This document shows, one piece after another, positions 59,304 to 64,000 of a DNA stretch of 64,000 bases. Positions within the stretch are counted from its first letter, which is position 1, and every line of letters begins with the position of its first letter. This stretch comes from a virus. The notes under the pieces were generated by a model that made no database searches, was not told the DNA's origin, and saw nothing but the letters and a program-made list of their open reading frames with translations. Location of the stretch: positions 1 to 64,000 of IMG/VR virus record IMGVR_UViG_3300021087_000009; one strand, written 5' to 3'. Position numbers and translations under genes: made by a program.

Positions 59304-59313
59304 AAGGAGTTGT

Positions 59314-59736
59314 ATGAAGATTAATATAAAAAAGGCATTGTGGTTTAGTTTAGGTTGTGTCCTATTAGTAATTGCAATTATTGGTGTATATCTACCAGGG
59401 TTACCTTGGTCAACACCGGCAGTAGGAGCGGCTTTTTGTTTTGCACGAAGTTCGGATCGTATGCATAACTGGATTATGAACCACAAACTATTTGGACCCT
59501 TTTTAACTAACTGGGCTTCTAAAAGAGTATTTCCTACAAAAGCAAAGTATTTGATGTTGGTAACAATGGCATCAAGTTTATGTTTAATGTGGTTTACGAC
59601 AGGAAACATAAAAGCAATTATGTGGACAGGTGGTGCAATGTTATGTTGTGCTATATGGGGATGGAGATATCCAGGTTCCATAGAAGAACATAGTAGAAGA
59701 AAAGACGCAGGCGAAAAGATTGCTTGGTTAAAGTAA
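59314..59736 (+). CDS. ybaN: YbaN/DUF454 membrane protein
   Basis: IG..LPGLP..TP....A.CF.RSS.R.H.W...H..FGP. Confidence 0.85.
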   Translation: MKINIKKALWFSLGCVLLVIAIIGVYLPGLPWSTPAVGAAFCFARSSDRMHNWIMNHKLFGPFLTNWASKRVFPTKAKYLMLVTMASSLCLMWFTTGNIKAIMWTGGAMLCCAIWGWRYPGSIEEHSRRKDAGEKIAWLK

Positions 59737-59873
59737 TCACATCTTAATTATTAAGGCGATAAATACACTATACTATATATTGTGGATAGTATCGCCTTAA
59801 TCACGAACAGCTACATTGGTGTAGCTTAATTCAAAATCTAAAAAATTTAGCGGTATAACCACAGGAGTTTACA

Positions 59874-60365
59874 ATGACAATTAAACGTCATGTAATGGCA
59901 GGACTTCTTATATTATTTTCAATCTTTTTAACATCATGGCTAGTAACGAAAGCTACAGCTCATGAAGGCATTCATGAAGGCATGGCCGAACATGAACTAA
60001 TGGACGTTCCTAAAAAAGGAACGACTAATCAATTCTGGGGTGAATGGTTTGGTGAGAATCCTTTTATTAAAGAGCCTGCGTTAGAGTATGTTTTAGACTG
60101 GAAAGTCAACGAAGTTCCTAGAAGTATTACAATCTATTATGATGTTAATAATGACGGATTTCCCGATGTAGTTTTTGCTCACCCAATTGTAGCTGAAAAT
60201 CAAGCACCAGCATGTGGAACACACAGAGATGAAGAATCTAGACACTTAATGTTTACAACATGCAAAATTGGAGCTGGACCTCACACTGACTATTTTGTCA
60301 CTCACGAACATAGTATGTTTAGAATTCTAGACCAACATACTTGTTCAGGTTGCCCATTAAAATAA
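59874..60365 (+). CDS. Secreted protein with DxNxDG loop and CxxCP; paralog of 1955..2356
   Basis: Signal peptide; DVNNDGFPD; CSGCP. Confidence 0.6.
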   Translation: MTIKRHVMAGLLILFSIFLTSWLVTKATAHEGIHEGMAEHELMDVPKKGTTNQFWGEWFGENPFIKEPALEYVLDWKVNEVPRSITIYYDVNNDGFPDVVFAHPIVAENQAPACGTHRDEESRHLMFTTCKIGAGPHTDYFVTHEHSMFRILDQHTCSGCPLK

Positions 60366-60505
60366 TTAATTATAGTAGCAGTTAATTGTATCTTGCAATG
60401 GATATCTACTGAGATCTGGGGCTGTCTGCTAAATACTATTATATAAAATAATAAGTTTAATCGGGCACAACTCTACCAGGTTGGGAAATGCAGGAGCAAG
60501 AGGGC

Positions 60506-61060
60506 ATGAAGAAGTTTTCAACACTTATTGTTACTGTCATGGTAACAATTTTTTTAATGAGTGCAACGGCGCACGCCGAGAATACAGTAACATCCACGGT
60601 TACTGGAACTACTACTGTAGATAGAACTCCTCCAACGGCTTCGGCTCCAAACGTAATGATTAACAATCAAGATGTATGTTCTACAGGCACAAGCGCCGCT
60701 ATACAAACCCAAATTTTTGGTATAGCTGGCGGTACAACCATTAGAGATTTAAACTGTGAAAGACTCAAGTTATCTAGATCATTGTATGGTATGGGCATGA
60801 AGGTTGCGGCAGTAAGTCTTTTATGCCAAGATGCAAGAGTATTTGAAGCTATGGAAATGGCAGGAACTCCTTGTCCTTATAAAGGCAAAATTGGAGTTGA
60901 TGCGGCGAAGGCATGGGCAGAGAATCCAGAGAAGCGTCCCGATTATGAGAAATGGTTGAAGGAACATGAACTTGAAAACGTTGAAAAAGAATGGAACAAC
61001 AATAAGAAGACTTGGGGCGTTGGCCTTGGTAGTCTTGCTATGTTGCTCTTCCTCTTATAG
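60506..61060 (+). CDS. Secreted/membrane Cys-containing phage protein
   Basis: TPPTASAP, D.NCERLKL, MKVAAV..LCQD.RVF.AM..AGTPCP. Confidence 0.7.
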   Translation: MKKFSTLIVTVMVTIFLMSATAHAENTVTSTVTGTTTVDRTPPTASAPNVMINNQDVCSTGTSAAIQTQIFGIAGGTTIRDLNCERLKLSRSLYGMGMKVAAVSLLCQDARVFEAMEMAGTPCPYKGKIGVDAAKAWAENPEKRPDYEKWLKEHELENVEKEWNNNKKTWGVGLGSLAMLLFLL

Positions 61061-62816
61061 TCTAGCATACGATCAACAATATACAGTTGGGGGTACAGGC
61101 CCGCAAGGTGGCGTTGTGACTTCTGTATCTGTTGCTAGTGAAGTTACAGGAACTGCTACTTCACAAGTTGGTGATAACTTAGAAACCATTACTACAACAA
61201 AATTTACAGAATCAGTTGTCGAAAATGTAACTACAACTAACCAAGTAACACAAACAACTATTACTGTAACTGAAGAAGATAAGTCTACAGGTGATATTAT
61301 TACAGGTACTAACCTTAATAGATCTGGAATAAACAGTCCAGCTGATGCTAAAGTAAAATGTGTATATGGTGCTGGAAGTGGATTTTATAGAGATGGTTTA
61401 GGTTGTGGACGACACACGGACCGTTGGGATGATCTTCATATTAAAACAGAAGGACAACACGAATATACAACTGATATGGACAATTGGATGACCCAACAGG
61501 AAATGAATTATGGATTTAGTGCTACTGCTACTGCACAAGGTAAAGATTCTAGCCCAAGTAATACACAATTTACAATTACAGTAAAACTTTATGATCCAGA
61601 CACAGGTGCTAACACACAAGAAAGTAATACTTGGACATTAACTAGTTCATATCAAACGTTTAGTACAACTTTAGATGTTGGAACTAATACATATGGTGCA
61701 GATTCACAGCTAATAGCAACGTTCCTTGGAGTAGATCCAAACTGGGATGGCTCTGGTTATGACACAGATATACAAAATTTTAACATGACCTTAACTTATG
61801 ATGTACTAGAATCAGTAGTAGAAACAATTAATCAGACTATTGTAAATAGTGTAAATTCTGCTTTAGAAACGATAGAAAATCAAACTACTTTAGTTTATAA
61901 TCCAATTATACAACCAGGCACAGATACTACAACTACAATTGCTCCACCAACTGCGCCTACACAAGATTCTTTTACTGTAAATGTAGCTGGTAACAACGGC
62001 GGAGGAGTTAATTTACAATTTAATGTTGAAGTAGACGAAACAGCTGGTGCGGCTACAGTTGAAATGGCGGCTACAAATTTAGAAACAGGAGTAGTTACTA
62101 TTGATGAAGTTGCAAATATAAGTTTAGATTTTAGTTCAGACTCGGGTGGAACAACAGAAGTAGTTAATGTTGCTGAAGTTGAAACGCAAGTAGGTGGAGC
62201 AATTGAAAGTGCAGTTGCAGAAGCAACAACTGAAATGCAGGTTGCAGAAGCAACACCACAAACTACTGAAAGTTCAGCATCAACAACAGAGGCGACAACA
62301 GAAACGGAAACAGAGTCGGAAACAGCGAGTAGTGAAGGAGAAAGCAATGAGACAGAAACAGTACAAGAGTCCAGTAGTGATGTGGAAGAGCAAGTGGCAG
62401 ACAGTGGAGAGACGACATCATCTGACAAACCAGATGGAGATTCGAAAAGTACTGATAAGTCTGGATCAAAGTCCAAGTCCAAAACTAAAGTCGCTAAGAA
62501 GATGACGAAAGAAGAAAAGATAAAAGAACAAGTTGATAAGGCTAAACAGAAGATAGCTAGAAAGATTTTAATGGCTATGGCTGATACTTATAATGCTATT
62601 AACGAAGCAACTAAGATAGCACTTATGGCTAGTTTGACAGATACAGAATCATTTAAAGCATATCAAAAGAAAAACAATGAAGACTTAGCTAATTGGTATA
62701 GTGATTTACAAGTATATAAAGATATGCCACAGTTAATAGATCCTGCGGCACAACTATATGAGTTAGCTTCAGATAAAATAATGAACGAAATGATAGACGA
62801 ACAATATAAGAAATAA
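60966..62816 (+). CDS. Large exported Thr/Glu-rich protein
   Basis: Signal-like N-terminus, low-complexity acidic linker. Confidence 0.65.
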   Translation: MNLKTLKKNGTTIRRLGALALVVLLCCSSSYSLAYDQQYTVGGTGPQGGVVTSVSVASEVTGTATSQVGDNLETITTTKFTESVVENVTTTNQVTQTTITVTEEDKSTGDIITGTNLNRSGINSPADAKVKCVYGAGSGFYRDGLGCGRHTDRWDDLHIKTEGQHEYTTDMDNWMTQQEMNYGFSATATAQGKDSSPSNTQFTITVKLYDPDTGANTQESNTWTLTSSYQTFSTTLDVGTNTYGADSQLIATFLGVDPNWDGSGYDTDIQNFNMTLTYDVLESVVETINQTIVNSVNSALETIENQTTLVYNPIIQPGTDTTTTIAPPTAPTQDSFTVNVAGNNGGGVNLQFNVEVDETAGAATVEMAATNLETGVVTIDEVANISLDFSSDSGGTTEVVNVAEVETQVGGAIESAVAEATTEMQVAEATPQTTESSASTTEATTETETESETASSEGESNETETVQESSSDVEEQVADSGETTSSDKPDGDSKSTDKSGSKSKSKTKVAKKMTKEEKIKEQVDKAKQKIARKILMAMADTYNAINEATKIALMASLTDTESFKAYQKKNNEDLANWYSDLQVYKDMPQLIDPAAQLYELASDKIMNEMIDEQYKK

Positions 62817-62827
62817 AGGAGGGCAAA

Positions 62828-63331
62828 ATGGCAGAGATAGAGTATAAAGGAATTAAAGTAGGGGGCAGTAAGCTCTTAATAGTTATACCATTGATTGGTA
62901 CTATTATGGGTGGCCTATGGGGAGGCTTCGAACTCTTTAATAGATATCAAATGATGGAAGCAAAGATTAACAAATATGTTGCTCCAGATCTTTCAGACTT
63001 TGATAAACGCATAGCATTAATTGAAGGAAAGCTAGTAGAAATACAAGAGTCAGTTATAACTGCTAGAGATTATACACGTGATATTAAAATAGATCTTAAA
63101 AAGGATCTAGATTATGTAACAGACCTAACTGAAGATTCAAACAAAGAAACAAAGTTATTAGATAGAGAGTTACGTGCTGATATTAATGCAAGTGTTAAAG
63201 ATATTAAAGCTCAAATGAAAACAGTTCAAACAGAGATAGAAGAATCACTTGAGAAGACAGAAGAAAATATTAATAAGAAGATTGAGAAAGCATTAGAAAA
63301 TCCATTAGCTGGTATGGCTACTTCAAAATAG
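62828..63331 (+). CDS. TM coiled-coil protein
   Basis: GTI.GGLWGGFE; ALENPLA end. Confidence 0.7.
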   Translation: MAEIEYKGIKVGGSKLLIVIPLIGTIMGGLWGGFELFNRYQMMEAKINKYVAPDLSDFDKRIALIEGKLVEIQESVITARDYTRDIKIDLKKDLDYVTDLTEDSNKETKLLDRELRADINASVKDIKAQMKTVQTEIEESLEKTEENINKKIEKALENPLAGMATSK

Positions 63332-63974
63332 TTTGCCCTGTACTTGCCCAGTCTGCCATAAAGCTATCTAATCCTTTTTTAGTTAATGTGTGTTCATACA
63401 TCTTATAGACAACGTCTGGCGGTATAGTTACTACTTGAGCGCCTAGTACAGCCGCTAGTTCGACATGTTTTACACTTCTAACACTTGCTACTAACACTTC
63501 AGTTTTAAATCCTTGTACACAATACATTTTAACAATATCAGCAATAAGATTCATACCATCTTCCCCAATATCATCTAAGCGTCCGACAAAGGGTGAGATA
63601 TAAGTTGCTCCAGCCTTTGCGGCTAACAAGGCTTGGGCTACACTAAAACATAATGTAACGTTTACTTCAATATCTAAATGTCTTAACGTCTTACAAGCAA
63701 TTAAGCCATCAACTGTTAATGGAACTTTAACAACAACATTGTCTGCCAAACTTGCTAGATATTGTCCTTCTTCAACCATATGAGCATGATCTATTGCTGT
63801 TACTTCAGCACTAACAGGCCCATTCTGTATATTACAAATGCCCTTAATAGTTTTATCCATATCATCGCCATTCTTATATATAAGCGAAGGATTAGTAGTT
63901 ACCCCATCTACCATACCGGTAGGAATTAGTTCTAAAATTTTGTCTATATTAGCTGTATCAATAAAAAATTTCAC
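63318..63974 (-). CDS. talC: Transaldolase (TalC/Fsa family)
   Basis: FIDTA, GVTTNPSL, VVVKVP, NVTL.FS, YISPFVGR.DD, ASVR. Confidence 0.93.
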   Translation of the reverse strand: MKFFIDTANIDKILELIPTGMVDGVTTNPSLIYKNGDDMDKTIKGICNIQNGPVSAEVTAIDHAHMVEEGQYLASLADNVVVKVPLTVDGLIACKTLRHLDIEVNVTLCFSVAQALLAAKAGATYISPFVGRLDDIGEDGMNLIADIVKMYCVQGFKTEVLVASVRSVKHVELAAVLGAQVVTIPPDVVYKMYEHTLTKKGLDSFMADWASTGQTILK

Positions 63975-64000
63975 TCATTACTCCTTAAAAAGCCCTCAGT

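Noticed and set aside
61895-62505. Antisense and alternate-frame ORFs within the 616-aa gene (and similar shadow ORFs over dnaK, nrdA, hemA and ligase)
   Set aside because: Shadows of biased codon usage in real genes; no SD or motifs.

Overview
AT-rich 64-kb segment of a large T4-like (jumbo-type) aquatic bacteriophage genome, mostly on the minus strand. The host is most likely an alphaproteobacterium, judging from the alpha-type DnaK, Shemin-pathway ALA synthase, circularly permuted tmRNA and HemO/PcyX-like pair. The window holds tail/fibre genes, DNA ligase, NrdAB and a head-associated module of proteins with capsid-targeting-like N-termini. It also carries many host-derived genes: two bS21, DnaK/Hsp20/ClpS/ClpP, GuaC, PurM, TalC, a SpeD-like decarboxylase, a desaturase, cold-shock proteins, several 2OG-Fe(II) oxygenases and HemA/HemO/PcyX. 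Elements missed by the ORF track: tRNA-Arg(GCG), tRNA-Thr(TGT), a two-piece tmRNA with a long tag, a stand-alone 70-nt RNA built like a tmRNA tRNA-like domain with no mRNA domain, a lone PqqA precursor peptide gene, several small ORFs, two A_AAA_AAG -1 frameshift candidates that fuse or extend genes, and TAAATA late promoters so close to start codons that they imply leaderless mRNAs. All family calls come from motif recognition by eye; no database search was run.
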